Shown: positions 19,164-28,894 of the stretch, one piece after another
Numbering within the stretch: the stretch's first letter is position 1
Layout: every line of letters starts with the position of its first letter
Source of the DNA: a virus
Reading direction: 5' to 3' (one strand)
Length of the DNA stretch: 64,000 bases
IMG/VR virus record: IMGVR_UViG_3300042924_004713
Coordinates: 1 to 64,000 of that record
The notes under the pieces: generated by a model
Database searches by the model: none
The model's input: the letters and a program-made list of their open reading frames with translations, nothing else
Told to the model about the DNA's origin: nothing
Position numbers and translations under genes: made by a program

Positions 19164-22100
19164 ATGCATATCGATGAACTGGAAAATTATAATTTAGCCG
19201 ACGCTGTACGATTTCACGACGAGCTGAATCCTGGACTTTGGGGCAAAGACGAACATCTGCGCCCCGAAGTTCGTGAAGCACTGCTGCGCATTGCAGACGA
19301 TTTTCGTGAATTTCTAGGTGTTAGTGATCTTGAAGTTCAAGACATCACTATTTCTGGCAGCAATGCTGCCTATAATTACACCCCCAACAGTGATATTGAT
19401 CTACATCTAGTGGTCAATATTCCCGAGCTTGACGATGAAGTCTATCGCGAATTATTCAACGCGAAAAAATATCAATACAACGATCAGCACGATATTCGTG
19501 TGCGCGACGCTGATGTTGAACTCTATGTGCAACCAGCCAATGATCCGCATATCAGCCAAGGCATCTATAGCCTAGTAAACAACAAGTGGCTGTCAGTTCC
19601 CCGACGTCAACGAGCCAAGATAGATGACGACAGTGTGCGTCACAAGGCCGAAGATCTAGAAGCTAGAATCAATCAGGCCATTGAATCTGGCGATCGTGAA
19701 ACCATGGATCGCTTGTGGCAAAAGATCAAGGACATGCGCAAAAGCGGACTAGAACAAAAAGGTGAATTCAGTACAGAAAACCTAGTGTTCAAGATGCTGC
19801 GTGTGAACAAATTAATAGAACGTCTGCAAACAGCACGTCAAGCAGCACGTGATCAAGAACTCAGCCTTAGCGAAAGAAAACGCAAGAAGTCTCGTAAACG
19901 CTATGCATATGGTGGTTACTGGTATCCAGGCTACAGCTATTATGGCAGCGGTTCTGAAGGCAGTGACAGTGGTGGCGATGGCGGCGGTGAAAGTGTTCAA
20001 GAAGACGTAGGCTCAACCTGGGATGGAGTGAGTCCTACCACAAGAATGTTCACTAGCGAACAAGAACACACTGAAAACAAAAACGTAATTGGTAAATTTG
20101 CTAGATTTGTGGCACAGCAGATAGGCATGAGCAAGTTGCCACGTATCCGTGTCACACGAGATCCAAAATGGAGTTCCAAAAACGGTACATTTGGACACTA
20201 TGATCAAAATACACAAACACTGACCATTAGTCTGGCCAATCGCCATATCATGGATGTGCTTAGAACCATGGCTCACGAGCTAGTGCATGCACATCAGGAT
20301 CGCGAACATGGCTTGCCTAGCACAGCTGGCAAGACTGGTAGTCCATATGAAAACGAAGCCAATGCGGTGGCGGGTCGTATCATGCGACGTTGGGCCAAGA
20401 AACATGGCAATATGTTTGATCAGCCTGCCACAGAAGACTATGATCCCAATGCCAGACCTCCAGGACCTGAAACCAAACCCACTATGCCAGCTGGCACTGT
20501 GAGAGTTGATGTTAGTGATGTGTATGACTGGTACAAACTAGGACAGCACATCAGTGACCTCGAAGGTCTAGGCAAACATGATTTTGGCAAAGGACCGCCT
20601 AGTGCTATTTTTAGTTTTGGTGACGAAGACACCGAACACAAATATATTAACAATCTGAAGCGCACTGGCCTTGATGTCACGGACATTGATCCACGCGATC
20701 CCAATCAGCCGCCAGGCATGAAGAAAATCAAAACAGATCCAACCTATAATGTTGATGAAGATTGGAAAAGCAGTCTAGGTGCAGCAGCCGCGGCTGCATG
20801 TATTGCAGGCACACCAGGCTGTGCTACCACTAACACAGATAGCAGTCCCACTGCTGATGTGCTAAGAGGTGTACAAACTGTAGGACGTACAGCACAGGCA
20901 GTAAAGGACATGGGCGTGGGTGGCGCCAAAGAAGAACTAATCAATCAACTTCGTGACAAACTGCGCGGTATACGTGAAGCCACTGGTTACATTCCCACAA
21001 AAAAACAAGCTCGTGATCCTAGATTCTCCATGGCCTTGACAAAGGATATTCAGCCAGGCCAGATTGGCAAGGAAGCAAACAAACTAAAGTTAGACACTGA
21101 CAGTCAAGGTCATCCTGCGCTGTTAATGAAACGTCTTAACAATCTGCTGGAATCAGTTAAGACAGACGAACAATTAGACGAAGACGAACTGTTTGAACTC
21201 AAAATGAGTCCCAGCAATCTGGCCAAAATGGCCAAAGACATTGATGCTAGAGCTGGTCTAGAGTTTGAAATGTATGTGCCTAATGTAGACGCCGACGACG
21301 AGGAATTTGAATCCGAGCCGGATTACGGTGCCGACGAATATTTCCCTATGGGTCCAGGCTGGCAGAGTGATGTTATGGATTTCTTCCGTGGTGGAGATAT
21401 GAGCAGTCCTAGAGTTCTTATTCAACGGGCAATTGATGAACTAAATGAAAATTTTTATGAGTGGGTTGGCGAGCAAGAAGAAGAGTTTTTAGCATCCAAC
21501 GAAGGACGAGAACGAGCCATAGAAATCGCTACCAGCAATGTAAGCAGAGACGATTTTGAAACAGACGAAGAATATGAAGCTGCCGTTCGCGAATACCTGA
21601 CAGACAATGAAGACGACATTAGAGATGAATTAATAGACGAATTCCGCGATGATCTTGATAGCAAGTTCGAAGAATGGCTAGACGATCAAGGCATTCGTAT
21701 GATGGCAGATTTTGCGAGCGAATACGGTTTAGAATGGCCATATTGGACCGAGCCAGATGATTACAGCAGAGGCGGAGCAGACATCGACGACGTAGCACGA
21801 GACTTCCAAGATGCTGTTGGACGTCCGGTGAAAACTGGTGGTTATCACAGCGGTGCTTATAGTCAAACCAATAACTATCGTGTGGAAACAGACAGTAGCT
21901 TGAGTGATCCAGACGAACCAGGTGATGCAGGCTTGGAGTTTATCAGTCCGCCCTTGACCATTCCTGAGATGCTGGGAGATATCAAAAAGATCACTGCCTG
22001 GGCTAATCGTGTGGGTGCATATACCAATGACACCACTGGCCTACACATGAATATCAGTGTACCAGGGTACAGCATGCAAAAGCTAGACTATGTAAAGTTG

Positions 22101-23975
22101 GCCATGTTCTTGGGCGACAACTATGTTCTAGAGCAGTTTGGTCGTGCAGGAAATACCTATTGCAAGTCAGCCCTGAATAAAATCAAAGCAGAAGTAAAAC
22201 AAGATCCCGCAAGACTCAAAAACATGCTTCAGGCCATGCAGGGAGAATTAAACAGCATAGCCAGCAAAATTGTTCATACCGGCAACACTGACAAATATAC
22301 CAGCATCAACACCAAGGACAATCGTGTGGAGTTTCGCAGTCCTGGCGGCGATTATCTTGACATATTAGCCAACGATCCTGCACAGATCACAAACACACTG
22401 CTGCGCACAGTGGTAGCTTTGGATGTGGCCATGAAACCTGAAGCGTTCCGTCAAGAGTACATGAAAAAGCTGTACAAGACTCTCACACCAACGGAATTCA
22501 CAGGCGGTCGAGGCGAGCGTCAAACTAGATTGGAATCACAGACCAACGAGGTCGCTGACCTGCTCAGCAAGTACATCGCAGGTGAATTGCCGCAGTCAGC
22601 ACTAAAAAGCTTTATCCAGCAGATTAAGAAAAAGCGTGACGATAAGAAGCAGCCACCAGAAACGCAAACACCTAGTCGTGATCAAGAGTTTTCAGGCACT
22701 TGGGAAATTGTGGCTCGTAATACCGACGAAGTAGTACGCCAATTTAGTGGTGTTGGTAATGCCATAAGAGATGCTGAAGTGTGGGCAAGAAGATGGGCAA
22801 TGGATACCGGATATGATGATCCGTACTATGTGCGCCCTGTAATGCGACCAAGAACCGCGCCACCTGAAACCTCCATTTATCAAATTGTAAACTACCAAGA
22901 CGGTGAAGTGTTAAGTCCGGGACTAAACATGCCTTGGGTTTATGCTCGTGCTCTTGCTGATGATATAGCTCGGCGTCGTGGTATGGGTAGAGCCGACATC
23001 AGAATTGTTGACCTAGAAAACAATCAGACCTATAGTTTTGAAGGTAGACTGATACAGCCAAGTGTGAGAGCCACTGCCGGGGAACCTGTACCAGCTGGTA
23101 GTGTAGGTGGTGGATTCGCTCGAGCACCACATACCAGCATATATCAATTGATTGATAATAGAAATGGTCAAATAATGCTAGGCGGCGAAACAAGAACTTT
23201 TGCTGACACCGTAGAGAAGGCCAATATTTTAATGCGTGACTATAGGCTTACAGCTGATGATATTAGAATTGTTGATATGTATACCAATACTGTATATGAT
23301 ATCAATGGTCGTCCTGTAAGTGGCAACAATGCTAATACTTCTAGCATAGATGGCGAGCAAAGCACAGATGCCAACTACGAAATCATTGATCTTGAAACTC
23401 GTGGACCAGTTTTTAGATTCATTGCCAACACCGATCAAGAAGCACAGAGAAAGTTTATAGATTGGTTGGAAGCAGGTGATCGCTTTATTGGCCAGTATTA
23501 TTGGCGTAGAATTGAAGGTCGTGGCATACCAGGGTCAACAGCAGAACTGCAACGACAGCGATCAGATCAGCAAGTACAAGGTTTTAGAGTCTCTTATACC
23601 GTTACCCATGACGATGAAGTTAGAAATAACACTGTGACTATTCAAGCCCGTAATGCTGACGCTGCAATGGATGTTATGAGAACTAATTTACAACGGGCTG
23701 GATATGAGGTTCTTAGAATTGAAGCTGAACCTGTGGCACAAACTCTAGAGCCACCACCAGAAACAGTAGATATTTCAATGCCCGGTCAGGCTCGCGGAAC
23801 AGAAAGCTTACCACCCGGCAACACTCGCTGGTTGATACTTGATCCAAACGACCGTGAAGTATATAGTTTTGTACATCGTAGTAATCAAGGCGAAGCAAAT
23901 CAATATGCTGTGAACTGGCTAAGACAAAACGGTCTACTAGGCAGTGGCGAATTCATGGTGGTGCCAGCAAGATGA
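19164..23975 (+). CDS. Large polyvalent protein: Pol-beta nucleotidyltransferase, HExxH metallopeptidase, putative amidoligase, C-terminal repeats
   Basis: GSNAAY..SDIDLH; MAHELVH..E.EANA; GLEFE, GLEFISPP, TGLHMNIS, VEFR; duplicated TSIYQ...DIRIVD modules. Confidence 0.8.
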   Translation: MHIDELENYNLADAVRFHDELNPGLWGKDEHLRPEVREALLRIADDFREFLGVSDLEVQDITISGSNAAYNYTPNSDIDLHLVVNIPELDDEVYRELFNAKKYQYNDQHDIRVRDADVELYVQPANDPHISQGIYSLVNNKWLSVPRRQRAKIDDDSVRHKAEDLEARINQAIESGDRETMDRLWQKIKDMRKSGLEQKGEFSTENLVFKMLRVNKLIERLQTARQAARDQELSLSERKRKKSRKRYAYGGYWYPGYSYYGSGSEGSDSGGDGGGESVQEDVGSTWDGVSPTTRMFTSEQEHTENKNVIGKFARFVAQQIGMSKLPRIRVTRDPKWSSKNGTFGHYDQNTQTLTISLANRHIMDVLRTMAHELVHAHQDREHGLPSTAGKTGSPYENEANAVAGRIMRRWAKKHGNMFDQPATEDYDPNARPPGPETKPTMPAGTVRVDVSDVYDWYKLGQHISDLEGLGKHDFGKGPPSAIFSFGDEDTEHKYINNLKRTGLDVTDIDPRDPNQPPGMKKIKTDPTYNVDEDWKSSLGAAAAAACIAGTPGCATTNTDSSPTADVLRGVQTVGRTAQAVKDMGVGGAKEELINQLRDKLRGIREATGYIPTKKQARDPRFSMALTKDIQPGQIGKEANKLKLDTDSQGHPALLMKRLNNLLESVKTDEQLDEDELFELKMSPSNLAKMAKDIDARAGLEFEMYVPNVDADDEEFESEPDYGADEYFPMGPGWQSDVMDFFRGGDMSSPRVLIQRAIDELNENFYEWVGEQEEEFLASNEGRERAIEIATSNVSRDDFETDEEYEAAVREYLTDNEDDIRDELIDEFRDDLDSKFEEWLDDQGIRMMADFASEYGLEWPYWTEPDDYSRGGADIDDVARDFQDAVGRPVKTGGYHSGAYSQTNNYRVETDSSLSDPDEPGDAGLEFISPPLTIPEMLGDIKKITAWANRVGAYTNDTTGLHMNISVPGYSMQKLDYVKLAMFLGDNYVLEQFGRAGNTYCKSALNKIKAEVKQDPARLKNMLQAMQGELNSIASKIVHTGNTDKYTSINTKDNRVEFRSPGGDYLDILANDPAQITNTLLRTVVALDVAMKPEAFRQEYMKKLYKTLTPTEFTGGRGERQTRLESQTNEVADLLSKYIAGELPQSALKSFIQQIKKKRDDKKQPPETQTPSRDQEFSGTWEIVARNTDEVVRQFSGVGNAIRDAEVWARRWAMDTGYDDPYYVRPVMRPRTAPPETSIYQIVNYQDGEVLSPGLNMPWVYARALADDIARRRGMGRADIRIVDLENNQTYSFEGRLIQPSVRATAGEPVPAGSVGGGFARAPHTSIYQLIDNRNGQIMLGGETRTFADTVEKANILMRDYRLTADDIRIVDMYTNTVYDINGRPVSGNNANTSSIDGEQSTDANYEIIDLETRGPVFRFIANTDQEAQRKFIDWLEAGDRFIGQYYWRRIEGRGIPGSTAELQRQRSDQQVQGFRVSYTVTHDDEVRNNTVTIQARNADAAMDVMRTNLQRAGYEVLRIEAEPVAQTLEPPPETVDISMPGQARGTESLPPGNTRWLILDPNDREVYSFVHRSNQGEANQYAVNWLRQNGLLGSGEFMVVPAR
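22869..23320 (+). repeat. Diverged tandem protein repeat (2 copies, about 60 aa)
   Basis: TSIYQIVNYQDGEVL...ADIRIVDLENNQTYSFEGR vs TSIYQLIDNRNGQIM...DDIRIVDMYTNTVYDINGR; boundaries approximate. Confidence 0.75.
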
Positions 23976-25549
23976 GAGCCAGCGAGTTTATTGTAGAATC
24001 AAAGATACCTGATGTGGTCTATCACGGCACGGCATCTGCCAACCTCACCAACATAATGAAACACGGTATCAAACCCAAGTTAAATCGTTATGCATACTCC
24101 AATAGACAACACGGTGGCGGAATAGCAACAGGTTTAGAACTAGAGCCAGGTAAACGTAGAAGTGATTTAGAAACTATCAGCACCAGTGTGAACTTTGACA
24201 ACAGTTTAGAGTATGCCAAATTGGGTGGCAGCACAGGTTCAGGCTCTCCTGGCGTGGTACTAGCGTTTCGTCCATTGCCCAGTGATAGCTTTGAAGAAAC
24301 CGGCATGCCTGGTGAAGTTGTATTCCGCAATGCTATCTCTCCAGATAGACTACAAATAGTCTGGCCCCAACGACTAGCGGGCAAAGAAAAACAACTCGCA
24401 CAAAAAGCCGAAAAGAAAAAACAATCAGGTGCTGAAAAAACACAGCAGATCAAAAGCATTAACCAGCAACTCAAAGCCGCAGGTTCTAGTATAAGAATCA
24501 AGTCAACCAACCCTAATACTGCAAGAATTGCCATATGGTTTATGGATCCTGACAACCCTGTACAGGTAGGCAACACCAACATAGATGATCAAAATTTCGC
24601 AGTATTCTTGAAAAAAGAACTAGCTAACCCTGCACCCAACAAACAACGCTATTATGGTAGAACCAATTGGTTAAATGAATTCGCTCCTGAAGGATTTGAG
24701 CAATACAGTTTATACACCGGTGATGGTGTTAGAAATCATTTAGTTGATAAATTTTCGTCATTAAACGCAGCCAAGGAAGAAGTTGAGTTTATATGGGACT
24801 CAGATCCCGAAGCTCGTCTGGCTATATGGTTTATTAAAAATCTAAATGATGAAGTGGTGTGGTCCTATGATCCACAGGAAATAGCGGATGCGCCAAGATA
24901 TCAGTTTAGAAAAAAATCTGATGATCTTGAAGAAATGAATCGTAGAGGATTCCTAGGAGCCATGGGAGCAGGTGCAATGGCTGCTGCGGGAGTTCCCTCA
25001 CAAGCAGCTAACAAGGTGGGACCACCCATGCTCAGTGCCAACATTGGTGCAGAAGAGGCTCTTCATCGTGCGGCTCGTGCTGCTGGCATACGTGGCGTGG
25101 AACTTGCGCAGTTTCTAGCACAGTGTTATCATGAGTCTGGCGGCTTTAAATACATGCAAGAACTAGGTGATCCACGTTATTTTCTACGATACGATCCTAG
25201 AGTAGATCCTGCCAAGGCACGTGTGCTAGGTAATGTAAAGCCAGGAGATGGTGAACGCTACAAGGGTCGTGGATTTATACAGATCACTGGCAGAGATAAC
25301 TATCGTAGAGCCGGTGAAGCTCTGGGTCTGCCCTTGGAAGACCGGCCAGAACTCGCAGCTAGAATGGATGTGGCAGCACGTATTGCAGTATGGTATTGGA
25401 AACAAAGAGTCAAGCCCAATGTGTCTAATTTCAATGACACTCGTGCGGTGACTCGGCAAATCAATCCCAACATGCGCGGTCTTGAAGATCGACATGAAAA
25501 TTTCAAAGACTATAAAAAGGTCTTTAGTATGAATTGGAAAGCTGTATGA
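23972..25549 (+). CDS. Polyprotein: ADP-ribosyltransferase-fold domain, middle module, Tat-signal-like segment and GH19 lysozyme
   Basis: VYHGT..STS..YA..EVVF; EEMNRRGFLGAMGAG; AQCYHESGGF, YKGRGFIQITG. Confidence 0.8.
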   Translation: MRASEFIVESKIPDVVYHGTASANLTNIMKHGIKPKLNRYAYSNRQHGGGIATGLELEPGKRRSDLETISTSVNFDNSLEYAKLGGSTGSGSPGVVLAFRPLPSDSFEETGMPGEVVFRNAISPDRLQIVWPQRLAGKEKQLAQKAEKKKQSGAEKTQQIKSINQQLKAAGSSIRIKSTNPNTARIAIWFMDPDNPVQVGNTNIDDQNFAVFLKKELANPAPNKQRYYGRTNWLNEFAPEGFEQYSLYTGDGVRNHLVDKFSSLNAAKEEVEFIWDSDPEARLAIWFIKNLNDEVVWSYDPQEIADAPRYQFRKKSDDLEEMNRRGFLGAMGAGAMAAAGVPSQAANKVGPPMLSANIGAEEALHRAARAAGIRGVELAQFLAQCYHESGGFKYMQELGDPRYFLRYDPRVDPAKARVLGNVKPGDGERYKGRGFIQITGRDNYRRAGEALGLPLEDRPELAARMDVAARIAVWYWKQRVKPNVSNFNDTRAVTRQINPNMRGLEDRHENFKDYKKVFSMNWKAV

Positions 25550-26274
25550 AAATCACAGAATTTGTCACGGAAGACTGGCAAAAGACCAATCGCAAGGACA
25601 AGACCTCGGGCATGAGCCGCAAGGCAGTTAAACAATACCGCCGTGAAAATCCCGGCAGTAAACTGCAAACCGCTGTGACCACCAAGCCCAGCAAGTTGAA
25701 AAAAGGTTCTAAGAGCGCCAAGCGTCGCAAGAGCTTTTGTGCTAGAATGCGTGGCATGAAGAAATCACGCACTTCAGCCAAAACAGCTAGAAATCCCAAT
25801 TCAAATATTAATAAAGCACTGCGCCGTTGGAACTGCGAAAGCATTGAGCAAATGCAAGAGCTGGTAATGATTGCCGAGCAAAAGATCGCTGCGTTGCGGC
25901 AAGGTGTGGCGGAAGATCAAGAAGATATCGTAGCCGTCATTGATGGTGTACGTTCGGATAGAACTTACAACGATAGATATCACGCACACAATTCTTTATC
26001 AAAACTAGTGGGATATGGCAAAGCCAAGGTAGCAGAATTGTATATTAACGGCGAAAAAGTAGAACACTTTGAACTAGGAAAAAAATATATTGATTTTGAA
26101 CCCAAGAGTCTAGGTTCAATGTCAGAGGCAGGTCCATTCTCATACGGTGCCAAGAAGCCTAGAAAAGGTAGTGTGGCAGATCTTGCTGCAAAGAAACGCC
26201 AAGAACAGGAAAAAGGCAAGCTGCCTGCGGAACCTAAAGACCATATGGTTGGCACAGCACGGATAATCAAATAA
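25546..26274 (+). CDS. Modular protein with very basic N-terminal module
   Basis: MKITEFVTE, then K/R-rich RRKSFCARM...ALRRWNC; further modules after VAE and MSE. Confidence 0.75.
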   Translation: MKITEFVTEDWQKTNRKDKTSGMSRKAVKQYRRENPGSKLQTAVTTKPSKLKKGSKSAKRRKSFCARMRGMKKSRTSAKTARNPNSNINKALRRWNCESIEQMQELVMIAEQKIAALRQGVAEDQEDIVAVIDGVRSDRTYNDRYHAHNSLSKLVGYGKAKVAELYINGEKVEHFELGKKYIDFEPKSLGSMSEAGPFSYGAKKPRKGSVADLAAKKRQEQEKGKLPAEPKDHMVGTARIIK

Positions 26275-26275
26275 A

Positions 26276-26812
26276 ATGAGAGCACAAGAATTTTTAAAAG
26301 AAGAAACAGGCAATGAGCAAGATTTAGAATCTCTCAAGGAAGCCTGCGAAAACTGGATGGAAATGTATTTTGATGCTAATGACATCAATACAATTTTAAC
26401 ACATCCTTATAGTCAACAATTCAAGCAACCACCAGCCGGTATAGAAAAACTTTATCGTGGACTGGTAGTTGCCGGTGGAAAAGTAAAGGCGGTGCCCGGT
26501 AAAAGCAATAGAAAGTTTGTGGCCTATGCCACACACCCCTACGGTGCTGAAGCATTCTTGGCCAGTCTTGATGTTGGCGGTCGTAAAGTAATCATTGAAA
26601 AACAGTTTAACCCCGCTGACTTTGTGTTAGACTTCACAGGCCTGTATGAAAGTTTGTTTCCTGATCAAGGTCTTCACAATCGGTATGAAACTGAATACGA
26701 AGTTTGGATGCGAGCCACAAGATACTATCAGTCAGCGTCAGAGCAAGAAATAATTAAAGACACTGCCTGGGGTCAGACCGACGACGGTGAACCAGGTAGA
26801 GGAAATCTCTAA
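26276..26812 (+). CDS. Putative ADP-ribosyltransferase-fold protein
   Basis: MRAQEFLKE tag; LYRGL, aromatic-AT strand, ETEYEV (ExE). Confidence 0.55.
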   Translation: MRAQEFLKEETGNEQDLESLKEACENWMEMYFDANDINTILTHPYSQQFKQPPAGIEKLYRGLVVAGGKVKAVPGKSNRKFVAYATHPYGAEAFLASLDVGGRKVIIEKQFNPADFVLDFTGLYESLFPDQGLHNRYETEYEVWMRATRYYQSASEQEIIKDTAWGQTDDGEPGRGNL

Positions 26813-27357
26813 TGAGAGCTTCTGAGTTTATCGCAGAAGGTGTGTCAGTGAGAGATCAGATCCTAGCTGATGTTAAAAAACACGGCGGTGATACCGATGA
26901 TTACTTTGTAAGATACACCAGTGTTGATAAACTAGGCTTCAGCGCACGTCAATGGTTTTCTAGAACCCCCGATGTGGATCATCCAAAATTTCACGTGGAC
27001 TTTATAGGACACGATGTGGGTCGATTGGCACTTTGGTTTTATCCCTTGAAAACTGCCATGGACACCAGTAGAACTCTGTATGGCAGTGAACAACCCTATG
27101 TATGGTTGGTCAAGCTCCGTCCTGATGCTTGGCTACAGACTGTCAAGCGTGGCGACAACACAGTTGAGCCGCCACCTCCAGGCAAACAAAGAGTGGGAAT
27201 ACTGCGCATGAGTCAACCTCCTGCTGCTATCTTTTTCCGGCCCGCATTTGATGTGATTGGTAGATATTATGATTATGCCTCTAGACACAAAAGACATGGT
27301 GAAGTCAAAGGGCCTCCCCCGCCCACACTGTTCCAAAGAATTCGGGGTGAACGATGA
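26812..27357 (+). CDS. Hypothetical protein with MRASEFIAE tag
   Basis: ORF coupled to upstream stop (TAATG). Confidence 0.7.
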   Translation: MRASEFIAEGVSVRDQILADVKKHGGDTDDYFVRYTSVDKLGFSARQWFSRTPDVDHPKFHVDFIGHDVGRLALWFYPLKTAMDTSRTLYGSEQPYVWLVKLRPDAWLQTVKRGDNTVEPPPPGKQRVGILRMSQPPAAIFFRPAFDVIGRYYDYASRHKRHGEVKGPPPPTLFQRIRGER

Positions 27358-27377
27358 AAACATTTAGGAACTAGACC

Positions 27378-28475
27378 ATGCGCTTACACGAAATTCAACA
27401 ACAGCGTAGACCGCATCTTTTTCTTGACATGGATGGTGTTCAAGCAGACTTCTTTTCAGCCTGGGCACGCTTGTTTGGCAAAGAACGCTACAAAGAAATA
27501 GGCAATCGCGCACAACGCGAAGCCACTATCGCAGATCTCAATGCACGTGGTCCTGAATTTGTAGAAGAATTCTTTACAAACTTGCCTGTGTTGCCTGGTG
27601 CGCAGACTCTAATTAAGTTTCTACGTGACAATGATATCAAGTACACAATTCTAAGTGCGCCGCTGCGTGGCAACGAAGCTGCTAGTATCCGCGGAAAGTT
27701 GGCATGGTTAGATCGCCATCATCCTGGCACATCTGCCACTGCGATCTTCACAGGCGAAAAACAACGCTATGCCACTACCAATGGTGAACCAAATGTGCTA
27801 GTTGATGACTTCAAGAAATATGTGAATGCCTGGACCGCAGATGGTGGCATTGCTGTGCTGTATCGTTGGAATAATGTTGGCGCTGCAATTGAACAGTTGA
27901 AAAAGATCTATGGATTAGAGCCAGGTGCTCAGGTCAACAGTCTTGATGCATTACAAGAGGCAGTGGTAGGCACGCTGTATCCTAAAAAAATACTAGGCAC
28001 TGCTAGAGTAGGTGACTTGTCTATTCCTATACACCGTCATCTATATGATCAAGCGCAGAGCCGTGGAATTGATCTAAAAACCATAGAACGCACACTGCGT
28101 AGACTGCCCAGAATAGCCAGCAAACTCAAAAAAATTGAAGCAGGAAACAAGGTATGGGTTTACAACCCTCACGATGAAATTAGTCTAGGCTTTTTTGCAC
28201 TGGACAGTGGTGGATATTTGTTGAACACAGTGATTCCCAATGCGCCACATCAACAGGGAGTTACTGATGTGATACGCATGTATGAAGCAGACATTGAAGA
28301 AAATTTTGCAGACGGTAAAGTCAAGGGCCGGAGCCGGCCTGGGCGTGTAAAACGTGCGGGTGCCAGTTGTGATGGCAGTGTAACCAGTTTAAGAGCCAAG
28401 GCCAAAAAATACAGCGGCGAACGAGGTCGAATGTACCATTGGTGTGCAAACATGAAATCAGGACGTCAAAAATGA
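27378..28475 (+). CDS. HAD-family 5'(3')-deoxyribonucleotidase-like domain plus two extra modules
   Basis: LFLDMDGV, ILSAP, K, LVDD; tail ENFADGKVKG...C...HWCANMKSGR. Confidence 0.8.
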   Translation: MRLHEIQQQRRPHLFLDMDGVQADFFSAWARLFGKERYKEIGNRAQREATIADLNARGPEFVEEFFTNLPVLPGAQTLIKFLRDNDIKYTILSAPLRGNEAASIRGKLAWLDRHHPGTSATAIFTGEKQRYATTNGEPNVLVDDFKKYVNAWTADGGIAVLYRWNNVGAAIEQLKKIYGLEPGAQVNSLDALQEAVVGTLYPKKILGTARVGDLSIPIHRHLYDQAQSRGIDLKTIERTLRRLPRIASKLKKIEAGNKVWVYNPHDEISLGFFALDSGGYLLNTVIPNAPHQQGVTDVIRMYEADIEENFADGKVKGRSRPGRVKRAGASCDGSVTSLRAKAKKYSGERGRMYHWCANMKSGRQK

Positions 28476-28894
28476 GAGACCTACTTAATATACTAGAAGC
28501 AGTGAGCCGCGGCTGTCCTCCTGCAACACAAGACATTGATCTTAATCTAAAGAATCGTCAGAAGGCCATAGAAGAATATCATTATGGCCCGCTGAATCCC
28601 AATGAACCCAATGAAGAATACTGGGCTGAACTAGCCGACAAATGGAATACCAGTGATATTGAATCTGTAAAACAGAATCGCTGTGGCAACTGTGCTGCAT
28701 TTGACATCTCAGAAAAAATGCTGGACTGCATTGCCACTGGTATTGGTGCAGAACCCGGATCAGATCCACATGATACCATAGATGCTGGTCAGCTAGGCTA
28801 CTGTAAGTTTTTGAAATTCAAATGTGCTGCCAAGCGTACCTGCGATGCCTGGGTAGAGGGTGGTCCTGTGACAGGAGAAAAAAATGAGAGCTAA
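28472..28894 (+). CDS. Cys-rich protein with HiPIP-like Cys spacing
   Basis: RCGNCAAF...GYCKFLKFKCAAKRTCDAW. Confidence 0.55.
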   Translation: MRDLLNILEAVSRGCPPATQDIDLNLKNRQKAIEEYHYGPLNPNEPNEEYWAELADKWNTSDIESVKQNRCGNCAAFDISEKMLDCIATGIGAEPGSDPHDTIDAGQLGYCKFLKFKCAAKRTCDAWVEGGPVTGEKNES

